NCBI GenBank assembly: GCA_019358915.1
Contig: JAHHIM010000036.1
Coordinates: 288,001 to 352,000, forward strand
From: Trichormus sp. ATA11-4-KO1
GTDB taxonomy: Bacteria > Cyanobacteriota > Cyanobacteriia > Cyanobacteriales > Nostocaceae
Direction: 5' to 3'
Length of the DNA stretch: 64,000 bases
The notes beneath the pieces are model-generated. The model saw only the letters and a list, made by a program, of their open reading frames with translations, did no database searches and was not told the DNA's origin. The position numbers were made by a program, and so were the translations under genes. Of the stretch, positions 51,097 through 60,342 are shown piece by piece. Position 1 is the stretch's first letter. The number at the start of each line of letters is the position of its first letter.

Positions 51097-51672
51097 TCAT
51101 TTCCCCAAATTACGCTTCATTTGTTCTAACTCATCTTGAGTTTCCCAACGACGAAACTTTTCTTCTAAATCATCCAATCCACTAGAATAACTGCTAGTTG
51201 GATTCCACCAACCATTAGTTTCTAAGTGCTGCTGGGTTTGAGCTTGAGCGCTTACTGTTTGGGCTTCAGCTGCTTTCGCTTGCACCTCTTGTCGCCGCAT
51301 CTGAATTTTCCGCAGTAGTTCTTTAGATTGCTCAATGCGTTCTTTTAATCCTTGCATGTGTCCCCATCTCTGGTTCCCTTCACGCAGTAGGGCTGCTTCT
51401 CTCTCTTGGGCGGCGGCGGCTAAATCCTGTTTACCAGCATTTTTTGCCTTTTGCACACGAATATGCCATCGCTGAATTTCTTGGGCGGTGGAGAGAATTT
51501 CGTCCTGCGATCGCTTCTCCTGCAATTGTAAATCTGCAATTAACTTTAAAGTATCTTCCTCTTGCTGCCGCAGCTGTTCTAACAGCGCCTCTAACTCCAA
51601 ATGTGGATTATTACGCAAGAATTCTTCTAAACGGTTTTCCAGAAATCGACTCAAATCATCAAATAAGCCCAC
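51097..51672 (-). CDS. TIGR04376-family coiled-coil protein (PspA-like)
   Basis: MGLFDDLSRFLENRLEEFLRNNPHLEL..; GTG 51672. Confidence 0.8.
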   Translation of the reverse strand: MGLFDDLSRFLENRLEEFLRNNPHLELEALLEQLRQQEEDTLKLIADLQLQEKRSQDEILSTAQEIQRWHIRVQKAKNAGKQDLAAAAQEREAALLREGNQRWGHMQGLKERIEQSKELLRKIQMRRQEVQAKAAEAQTVSAQAQTQQHLETNGWWNPTSSYSSGLDDLEEKFRRWETQDELEQMKRNLGK

Positions 51673-51954
51673 AAACAGTACTCCAGAGGTTGGGTGTGTG
51701 ATGATTTTATTGTAGTAATTATTATCGTAGTGCCGAAAGGAAATTGTCACTGTGTTTCCTTACAGGGTAATGTAGATGGCAGGGGTCAAAAGGCAGAAGA
51801 ATGAATTTGGATGAGGATTCCCACCCTTGCTTCCTTTGGTTGTGATTCGTCAGAGGATCATCCGTCTTCCGTCTGACTTCGTTAAAAGACCGCCCGCAAG
51901 GTACGAAGTTTCAACCTACGCTGTAATACAATAAATTGGCAAAAGGAGGGTTCT

Positions 51955-52869
51955 ATGTCGAGTATTTCTCAACTACTTACCCCGCATATCCAAGATTTAG
52001 GAGGGTTTGCAGCTCGTCGCAGTTTACCCCATGACGAGCGTATGATGGTCGGCCCGTTTATTTTCTTCGACCATTTGGGTCCTGTTATATTTCCTCCAGG
52101 TAAAGGGGTAGATGTGCGGCCTCATCCTCATATCAATCTGGCTACAGTAACTTATTTGTTTGAGGGGGTGTTGTTACATCGGGATAGTTTAGGTAATGTG
52201 CAAGAAATTCATCCCGGTGCAGTTAATTGGATGAGTGCGGGACGGGGTATCGTTCATTCTGAAAGAAGTCCCCAAAGCGATCGCCTCAAACAAAGCACTC
52301 TCCACGCCATTCAAACTTGGGTAGCTCTTCCCGAAGCACACGAAGACACTGAACCTTGGTTTTGCCATCATCCTGCTGAAGATATCCCGACTTGGACAGA
52401 AAACGGTGTCGCGATCGCTCTCATTGCGGGAGCAGCTTGGGGAAGGACTTCTCCAGTAAAAACCCTCTCTCCTACAATCTACCTCGATTTGTCTTTTGCT
52501 CCTGGAACTAAATTAAATCTCCCGGCTGACTATAGCGAAAGGGCAATTTATAGCGTTACGAAAGGTCTGTTTGTTGATGGTGAGGAGCTAAAAGAACATC
52601 AGTTAGCTATCTTATCTACAAATAGTATGGTAGAAATATCTGCTAATACTCAAGCTCGCTGTGTGGTTGTCGGTGGCGAACCTGTGGGAGATCGTCATAA
52701 GTGGTGGAATTTTGTTTCTAGTCGCCCCGAAAGGATAGAACAAGCTAAACATGATTGGCAAGAAAATAGATTTGCTCAAGTACCAGAAGAATCAGAATTT
52801 ATCCCCTTACCAAAGGATGCTTTTATAGCAAATGACAATGAATCGGATGCAGTACAGCCTTTAAGCTAA
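51955..52869 (+). CDS. Pirin family protein
   Basis: GPFIFFDH, HPH, HRDSLG, NWMSAGRGIVHSE, WNFV. Confidence 0.93.
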   Translation: MSSISQLLTPHIQDLGGFAARRSLPHDERMMVGPFIFFDHLGPVIFPPGKGVDVRPHPHINLATVTYLFEGVLLHRDSLGNVQEIHPGAVNWMSAGRGIVHSERSPQSDRLKQSTLHAIQTWVALPEAHEDTEPWFCHHPAEDIPTWTENGVAIALIAGAAWGRTSPVKTLSPTIYLDLSFAPGTKLNLPADYSERAIYSVTKGLFVDGEELKEHQLAILSTNSMVEISANTQARCVVVGGEPVGDRHKWWNFVSSRPERIEQAKHDWQENRFAQVPEESEFIPLPKDAFIANDNESDAVQPLS

Positions 52870-53349
52870 ATCAACAATCAACATTACTCGCGGTTAATCA
52901 CAAGAAAAGGCGATCGCTCTGCTCCAAAACTATGCAAAGATATTATCTTTACCTGAATTAATCTAATTGTGCCATGGAAATGCTTTGTACTTGATAATAG
53001 TTTTAATAAATAATACCTATGATTTAAGTATTATTTGGTATGTCGCTTATCCATAGACGCAGATTTACTGATCGTCAGACATCGCTGCACACAAACTTAA
53101 ATTGAGTCACTACCATTTATAAAAAAAACTGAATTGGGCACTACTCGCTGAGTAGCTACGTCACTTATCTTACTGTGCTAAGGCGGCTTCGGTTTCTCGA
53201 ATGCAAACATTTTCTGTGCATGGAATAAACAACTAACTACCAATTAACAAACCCTTTAGTAAGCATAGATGTTCCTAGATGATATGGCTAGTAAATTTCA
53301 TCACACAAGGATATGGTGGGCGTGGGGAGCTAACACATTATTTAAGGCT

Positions 53350-54534
53350 ATGAAATTACGTTACATTGTGCGATCGCTCAAGAATTTTTTGCCAATTCTA
53401 GGCTTAATATCATTTGTTACAGTAGTACTACTGAATAGTCTAAATCCGGCGATCGCCCAATTACCGCGTCAAGAGATTCGTGGGGTTTGGATCACCAACA
53501 ATGATTTTGACACCCTCAAGGAGCGCGCCAAAGTCCAAGAAGCCATGACTCAATTGCGGCGGCTCAACTTCAACACCATCTATCCTGTAGTGTGGAATTC
53601 TGGCTATGTGATGTATCCCAGTGCCGTAGCCCAACGTGCAGGTATCCAACCCTTTGTCTTTCGAGGCTCGGATGGACATGATATCCTCGCAGACTTAATT
53701 AACCAAGCTCATCGCCGGGGACTACTGGCAATTCCCTGGTTTGAGTTTGGTTTCATGGCTCCCCCAACATCAGAACTGGCCTTAAATTATCCAGAGTGGC
53801 TGACGCAAAAACAAGATGGTAGCCAAACCTCGATTAGTGCTGCTGGTGAGGTTGTATGGCTCAATCCCTTCCATCCGCAAGTACAGCAATTTATCACCAA
53901 TCTTGTTGTAGAAACTGTGACTCAATATGACATCGATGGGATTCAGTTTGACGATCATATGAGTTTGCCTCATGAATTTGGTTACGATCCATATACAGTC
54001 GCCTTGTACACCCAAGAAACCAATAATCGTCCCCCCAGTAATCCCCAAGATCAGGCATGGATACGCTGGCGGGCAGATAAAATCACGGCGTTCATGGTAC
54101 AACTCAATCAAGCTGTCAAGGCCAGAAAACCTAACGCAATTTTCTCTGTTTCTCCTAATTACTACGACTTTGCTTATAAGTTCCAACTCCAAGACTGGCT
54201 AGCTTGGATGCGGCAAAATATTGTAGATGAGCTAATTGTGCAGATATATCGTCCCGACCTGCAAAGCTTCGTGAATAATATTTCCCGCGCAGAAATTCAA
54301 GAATCCCAACAATTAATTCCCACAGGCATCGGTATTATGACAGGTCTACGAAATAGACCTGTTCCCATGGCACAAATTCAGTCCCAGGTAAGAGCTGCCC
54401 AAGTACGCGGCTTAGGTGTAACCTTCTTCTACTACGAAACCCTTTGGAACTCTGCCCCAGAACCTCCCAATCAGAGACTGGCCGGATTTCAAAGTCTCTT
54501 CCCTGCTCCCGCATTCCGCTCGGCGATGGAGTAA
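53350..54534 (+). CDS. Glycosyl hydrolase-like 10 (GHL10/DUF187) exported protein
   Basis: EIRGVW, NTIYPVVWN.G, PWFEFG, WLNPFHP.V, DGIQFDDH; signal-like segment after ATG 53350. Confidence 0.88.
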   Translation: MKLRYIVRSLKNFLPILGLISFVTVVLLNSLNPAIAQLPRQEIRGVWITNNDFDTLKERAKVQEAMTQLRRLNFNTIYPVVWNSGYVMYPSAVAQRAGIQPFVFRGSDGHDILADLINQAHRRGLLAIPWFEFGFMAPPTSELALNYPEWLTQKQDGSQTSISAAGEVVWLNPFHPQVQQFITNLVVETVTQYDIDGIQFDDHMSLPHEFGYDPYTVALYTQETNNRPPSNPQDQAWIRWRADKITAFMVQLNQAVKARKPNAIFSVSPNYYDFAYKFQLQDWLAWMRQNIVDELIVQIYRPDLQSFVNNISRAEIQESQQLIPTGIGIMTGLRNRPVPMAQIQSQVRAAQVRGLGVTFFYYETLWNSAPEPPNQRLAGFQSLFPAPAFRSAME

Positions 54535-54589
54535 GGGGACAAGGGGAGATTACTAATATTAAGTTCTTTCTCCCCATCCCCCCATCTCT

Positions 54590-56314
54590 CTACTCCCTAC
54601 TCCCCACTCCCATCACCTCCCTCGCCTGAAAACTTGTCTTCAGCATGGGGGTAATTGTCTCTGCGGGTGCAGGGCGACTGAAGTAGAAACCTTGACCTTC
54701 GTCACAACCGCGCTTTTGCAGATAGTTCAGCTGTTCTTGAGTTTCTACTCCTTCAGCAGTGATAGTTAAACGCAGGCTTTTGGCTAGGGCAATAATGGCA
54801 TCTGTCACTGCTGCGCTATCAGGATTGGACATTACATCCTGCACAAATGATCGGTCAATTTTAAGCATGTTAACAGGAAAGCGCTTCAAGTAGTTTAGGG
54901 AAGAATAGCCAGTACCGAAGTCGTCTAGAGCCAACGATATACCCAGTTCTCGTAATTCTTTTAAGGTTGTAATAGACCGATGAATATCAGTCATCAGGAA
55001 ACTTTCAGTAACTTCTAGTTCTAGATAAGACGCTTCCATTCCAGTATCTTCCAGGATTTGGCTGACTACCTGCACCAAATTCGGTTGTTCAAATTGTCGA
55101 GCTGATAGGTTCACTGATATCCGAATTGGGGGGAGTCCAGCAATTTGCCAAGCACGGTTTTGGGTACATGCAGTTCGTAAGACCCATTCACCAATTGGCA
55201 CAATTAAACCATTAGCTTCGGCAATGGGAATAAACTGGACTGGAGAAACCAAACCCCTGATGGGATGATGCCAGCGAACCAGCGCTTCTACAGCCTTTAC
55301 TTGTCTGCTGTGTAAATCAATTAGAGGTTGGTAATAAACCAGCATTTCTTGGCGCTCCAGGGCCCCATGTAATTCATTTTCTAATGCCAGTCGCTCTTGT
55401 AATTGAGCATTAATCTCAGGTGAATAGAATTGGTATTGACTACGCCCTTGCTGCTTTGCTTGGTACAAAGCTATCCGAGCCTGTTGCAAGAGTTGATCTA
55501 CTTCGTTACGGTCATTTAAGTCATTAATTGCAATACCAATACTGGCTGTGAGATGAATTTGGTTGCCCTCTAGAGAGAAGGATTTTGCTAAGGTACTCAG
55601 TAACAACTGGGACAGCTTAATTAAATTTTCAAAAGAAGGAATGCTTATCTGGGCGATCGCAAATTCATCTTCGCTTAAACGAGCCAAAACATCTGTTTGA
55701 GATATGCAGGTTGTTAAACGCTGGGCAACTGATCTTAATAGTAAATTTGATATTTCCGGCTCTAACGCATTATTCATACCAGTAAAATCATCTATATTCA
55801 CCAAAAACACAGCTACTAGCTTTTGGCTATTCTGAGGTTGAGATAGAGTTTGCAACAGGCGATCGCGAAACATGCACTTATTGGGTAATCCAGTCAAGTC
55901 ATCATAGTTACTGATATAGTGAATTAATTCATTTAGTTTGTGGAGAGTCTGTGAAGTATCGGCCATCAGCGTGCCTGCTTCATCGGCAAATTGTGTGGGT
56001 AGTTCAGGTAATGTTTTCGTGTTCAGGTAGTTTTGCAATGCGCCAGATGTCAAAATGACCGGGGCCAGTAGGAGGCGTAGTGCATAGAGGGTGGCTGCTG
56101 TGCCCAATAACGTCGCCAACAACGCAATTCCCAAGACTTGTATCGCCATCTCTAAAGAATAGGAGTTGGAAATAACAAAACTACAAAGTAAGGTCAGAAG
56201 TGGTACATGAGTGCCGACAAATGCCACCAACATGATTTTGGCGGTGTAACTTTCCTTGAGTAATCGAATACTGGCTAGGAATGAATACAAGTCAAGGTTG
56301 TGATTGATCTGCAT
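54590..56314 (-). CDS. Membrane GGDEF-EAL protein, likely c-di-GMP phosphodiesterase
   Basis: Two TM helices; GGDEF degenerate (SEDEF); EAL, ELEVTES, DDFGTGYSS and EGVE intact. Confidence 0.9.
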   Translation of the reverse strand: MQINHNLDLYSFLASIRLLKESYTAKIMLVAFVGTHVPLLTLLCSFVISNSYSLEMAIQVLGIALLATLLGTAATLYALRLLLAPVILTSGALQNYLNTKTLPELPTQFADEAGTLMADTSQTLHKLNELIHYISNYDDLTGLPNKCMFRDRLLQTLSQPQNSQKLVAVFLVNIDDFTGMNNALEPEISNLLLRSVAQRLTTCISQTDVLARLSEDEFAIAQISIPSFENLIKLSQLLLSTLAKSFSLEGNQIHLTASIGIAINDLNDRNEVDQLLQQARIALYQAKQQGRSQYQFYSPEINAQLQERLALENELHGALERQEMLVYYQPLIDLHSRQVKAVEALVRWHHPIRGLVSPVQFIPIAEANGLIVPIGEWVLRTACTQNRAWQIAGLPPIRISVNLSARQFEQPNLVQVVSQILEDTGMEASYLELEVTESFLMTDIHRSITTLKELRELGISLALDDFGTGYSSLNYLKRFPVNMLKIDRSFVQDVMSNPDSAAVTDAIIALAKSLRLTITAEGVETQEQLNYLQKRGCDEGQGFYFSRPAPAETITPMLKTSFQAREVMGVGSRE

Positions 56315-56593
56315 AGATTTTGTGTGAGGATTGAGAGTTGACAAATTGGTGATCAGGTATCCTGGCAAAAGGGTATTTTTGATTCACAATCGAGCGACAT
56401 TAATTTCCGTAATTATAAAATAATTTCTAGTTATATATTATGCCTATTAACAATAGTTTTTACGTACACAGATAACGATATAGTTTCGATAAAGCTTGCT
56501 CTATAAATGATTTAACTATTTAAGTTCTTATTAGTATAAACACTTATTTATGTATAAAGAGTGTATGATTATTTTTTTAAGGGATGCGAGTAA

Positions 56594-58246
56594 ATGCAAA
56601 TAGCTCAAAAATGGTTAGTTCAAAAAACTAATCAGTCAATGCTTTGTTTGCTGGTTGGGGGACTGCTGTTTCGAGGCTTTTTAGCTTTCTGGCTTTACCC
56701 TACCTTTGATGAAGCTTATTACTATCTCTACAGCCTGCATTTAGATTGGAGCTATTTCGATCATCCAGTGATGGTAGCTCTGACAACTGGTTTTGGCCCC
56801 TGGTTAACTGGAGTTGTTTCCCAGTTCACAATTCGCCTGGGAGCGCTGATTTGTTACACAGGCAGTTTGGTGCTATTGTATTTGGCTAGCCAGAAATTAT
56901 TCTCTGTCAAAGCTGCCAACTTTACTCTAGCGATCGCAACTATCAGTCCCATTTTTCTCGTTGGCTTTGGTGTGCTCAGTCTCCCCGACAGTCCACTGAT
57001 ATTATTTTGGTCAGCCAGTTTATATTGTGCAGCCGATGAATTTTTTCGCCAGCCGAGAACTCCAAAACACAGTCTGTTACAGAATGAATTGTACTTACCC
57101 AGTTACCGTTTAGCCATTCTGGGGATATTGGTAGGATTAGCCTGTTTAAGCAAATATCATGGTTTTGTTTTAGGCTTCGGGCTAGTTGGTTTTTGTTTAA
57201 CAAGTCCACGTCATCGTTGTGTTCTGCTTTCCCCTTGGGCTTGGCTAAGTTTAGGCTTATTTATGCTCACCATCTGCCCCATTGTGTTTTGGAATCTACA
57301 GCATGATTGGGTATCCCTACGTTTTCAGTCAGAGCGTGCAGTTCCCAAGAGTGGCTACAGCCTGCTGAGTGTAGGCGCTGTCTGTTTAGCTGAGGTAGCT
57401 TTTTTGTGCCCAACCATAGGATTGCCGCTTTGGTGGGTAAATTTGCGAGTAGCTCACGTTAAAATAATTCAAGTTTTTTCTCAGAAATCACGAACCTATG
57501 GCAGAGATTTAGCAGACGCTGAACTATTGATTGCATGGCTATCTTTACCCCTAACTTTAGGGTTCACTCTCATGGGAGGATATCGGCAAATTTTACCAGC
57601 TTGGGCGATGCCAGGATTTTGGGGGGCAACTTTGCTGTTAGGACAACAAGCAATTATCTGGGAACAGCAATCTCGACGTTGGGTGCGGCGGTGGCTCTTA
57701 GGTTCGGGGCTGATGGTTGGTAGCATTTTACTGATTGCCTTACTCCAAGTGACCACAGGAATCTTCCAAAAACCCAGCCAATACGCCCTCATGGGAGGAT
57801 TTTTATCCCCCAAAGATGACCCCTCCACAGAATTAATTGATATTCAGCAATTACGGCGTGGCTTTGTTGAATCTCCTGTGTTGCGGGCGGCGCTACAGAA
57901 CTCCAGCTTTATATTTACCAATCGCTATTACCTGGGCGGCCCGATTGCCATGTCCCTTAAACCCATAGCTGACACACCAATTACTTGCTTTGATATTGGT
58001 CAGGATTTACGTGGCTTTGCTTTCTGGTCAAAAGCCGACCAATGGCTGGGAGAAGACGCACTCTACATTACTACTGCCGCTTTTGAGAAAAGAGAGGACT
58101 TAATGGCTAGCTATCGAACTCACTTTAGCAGCTTGACTGAGATGGCAACGATACCAATTAGCCGGGGTGGGGTAGAGGTTAATGTCATTCATGTTTACCA
58201 AGCTAAGACACTTCTTCAGCCTTATCCTCGGTCTTACGGAATTTAA
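56594..58246 (+). CDS. GT-C membrane glycosyltransferase (GT39/ArnT-like)
   Basis: DEAYY, YFDHP, PDSPL, GLACLSKY; many TM helices. Confidence 0.88.
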   Translation: MQIAQKWLVQKTNQSMLCLLVGGLLFRGFLAFWLYPTFDEAYYYLYSLHLDWSYFDHPVMVALTTGFGPWLTGVVSQFTIRLGALICYTGSLVLLYLASQKLFSVKAANFTLAIATISPIFLVGFGVLSLPDSPLILFWSASLYCAADEFFRQPRTPKHSLLQNELYLPSYRLAILGILVGLACLSKYHGFVLGFGLVGFCLTSPRHRCVLLSPWAWLSLGLFMLTICPIVFWNLQHDWVSLRFQSERAVPKSGYSLLSVGAVCLAEVAFLCPTIGLPLWWVNLRVAHVKIIQVFSQKSRTYGRDLADAELLIAWLSLPLTLGFTLMGGYRQILPAWAMPGFWGATLLLGQQAIIWEQQSRRWVRRWLLGSGLMVGSILLIALLQVTTGIFQKPSQYALMGGFLSPKDDPSTELIDIQQLRRGFVESPVLRAALQNSSFIFTNRYYLGGPIAMSLKPIADTPITCFDIGQDLRGFAFWSKADQWLGEDALYITTAAFEKREDLMASYRTHFSSLTEMATIPISRGGVEVNVIHVYQAKTLLQPYPRSYGI

Positions 58247-58363
58247 CAAAGGAAGAAGGAAGAAGTCTTCTTTCTTCTTGCCAAATTGGTTTAAATCCCC
58301 ACTTCGACAGGTGATACAGTGAGCCTGTAGAACTGCTCAGTGACCACCACCAATTTTCCTTCT

Positions 58364-59875
58364 TTAACCCAAAAACAGCTTGTATGCGGGATTCTGGCTT
58401 TCATCCCAATAACGGTAGCCGAGAGTATCAAGAAATGCCTGCCATTCCTGCATCTCGTGGGGAGGTACTTGCATCCCCACGACAATCCGCCCATAATCTG
58501 CGCCGTTGTTGCGGTAGTGGAACATACTGATATTCCAGTTGGGACTCATGGAACCAACAAATTTCATTAATGCCCCAGGACGTTCAGGAAACTCAAAACG
58601 ATAAAGCAACTCGTTATGAGCCAGGGGGGAATGTCCACCAACCATGTGTCGCAGGTGTAATTTGGTGAGTTCATCATCTGTTAAATCAATGGTTTTGAAA
58701 CCACAATTTTCAAAAGTTTCCACCATCTTGACTGCATCGGCACGGTTTTCAATTTGCACACCTACGAAAATATGAGCTTCTTTTTCATCGGCAATGCGAT
58801 AGTTAAACTCTGTGAGATTGCGTTTGCCAATACATTCACAAAACTTACGCAGACTACCCTGTTTTTCTGGAATTGCCACAGCAAAGATGGCTTCGCGGCG
58901 TTCGCCGAACTCTGCTCGTTCTGCGACAAAGCGGAGACGATCAAAATTCATGTTGGCACCACAGGCCACGGCGATTAATGTTTGTCCCTGGATTTGTTCT
59001 CGTTCGACATAGGCTTTAGCAGCTGCGATCGCTAAAGCACCGGCTGGTTCTAAAATTGATCGTGTATCTTCAAATACATCTTTAATGGCAGCACAGGTAT
59101 CATCTGTATCAACCAAAATTATTTCATCCACATAGTTCTGGCATAGACGAAAAGTTTCTTCACCTACTTCCCGCACCGCCACGCCGTCAGCAAATAAGCC
59201 CACCTGGGACAATCTCACGCGCTGTCCGGCTTTCAGCGATTGATACATAGCATCGGCATCTACTGGCTCAACACCGATAATTTTGATTTCCGGACGCAAC
59301 CGTTTGACATAAGCCGCAATCCCAGAAATCAAACCACCACCCCCAATGGCTACAAAAATTGCATGGATGGGTTGCTGATACTGCCGTAAAATTTCCATGC
59401 CAATTGTCCCCTGTCCAGCAATCACATCTGGATCATCAAAGGGGTGAATAAAAGTTAATCCCTTTTCTGCCTCCAGTTGACGAGCATAAGTATAAGCATC
59501 ATCGTAGGTATTCCCAGATAAAACCACCTCTCCCCCCCTAGCTTTGACGGCATCTACCTTTACTTGAGGTGTCGTTACTGGCATGACGATAATTGCTCGT
59601 GTTCCTAATCGACTAGCCGCAAGGGCCACACCTTGGGCATGGTTTCCCGCAGATGCTGCAATCACACCCTGCGCTAGTAAATCAGGTGACAGGTTCACCA
59701 TCTTGTTATAAGCACCGCGCAGTTTAAAAGAAAATACTGACTGCATATCTTCTCGCTTCAGCAGCAGTTGATTATTCAGTCGTGTAGAAAGGTTGGGAGC
59801 GTACTCCAATGGTGTTTCCTGGGCAACATCATACACACGGGCAGTTAGGATTTGTACCAGGTAGTCGCAATACAT
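58364..59875 (-). CDS. ilvA: Threonine ammonia-lyase, biosynthetic
   Basis: SFKLRGAYN, ASAGNHAQG, GGGGL, C-terminal regulatory repeats FPERPGAL. Confidence 0.97.
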   Translation of the reverse strand: MYCDYLVQILTARVYDVAQETPLEYAPNLSTRLNNQLLLKREDMQSVFSFKLRGAYNKMVNLSPDLLAQGVIAASAGNHAQGVALAASRLGTRAIIVMPVTTPQVKVDAVKARGGEVVLSGNTYDDAYTYARQLEAEKGLTFIHPFDDPDVIAGQGTIGMEILRQYQQPIHAIFVAIGGGGLISGIAAYVKRLRPEIKIIGVEPVDADAMYQSLKAGQRVRLSQVGLFADGVAVREVGEETFRLCQNYVDEIILVDTDDTCAAIKDVFEDTRSILEPAGALAIAAAKAYVEREQIQGQTLIAVACGANMNFDRLRFVAERAEFGERREAIFAVAIPEKQGSLRKFCECIGKRNLTEFNYRIADEKEAHIFVGVQIENRADAVKMVETFENCGFKTIDLTDDELTKLHLRHMVGGHSPLAHNELLYRFEFPERPGALMKFVGSMSPNWNISMFHYRNNGADYGRIVVGMQVPPHEMQEWQAFLDTLGYRYWDESQNPAYKLFLG

Positions 59876-60084
59876 GGGGTTAACAGGTGGGCCAATTTGG
59901 GATGGATGTTAATTTTACCGCTAGTTGTTTACTTGTTTTGCAGACATTTTTTGCTGCCGAGGAAGAATTATCCTTTTTCCATTCTTCTGGATTTGTGTAG
60001 ACCCACAGTATGGACATTGCACAGTAGATGACCTCAATTCATCTCTCTGATTATGCAACGCCGTAATTTTTAGTTAAATGAAAA

Positions 60085-60107
60085 TCCCACGCCTTCAAGG
60101 CGTGGGA
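60085..60107. repeat. Solo palindrome resembling an IS200/IS605 end hairpin
   Basis: TCCCACGCCT-tca-AGGCGTGGGA. Confidence 0.5.
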
Positions 60108-60342
60108 AATCAATCAACTAATTAGGCGATATCGTCGCGTTCGATGTATAGCAACAAAAACGCCATTGTCACTGCTGGAAAAACTAGCCCAGTCAGAGGC
60201 ACAAAAATGGAAGGCAAAAATGAAGCTGCCATAGTTAACTTTCCTAATAATTTAGACAATCCTCGAAAACGAGCTTACTGCAAATTGCAGCTGATTTTTT
60301 AAATTCTCAAGATTTTTAACACAGCTCCTATATGATGGGTGT

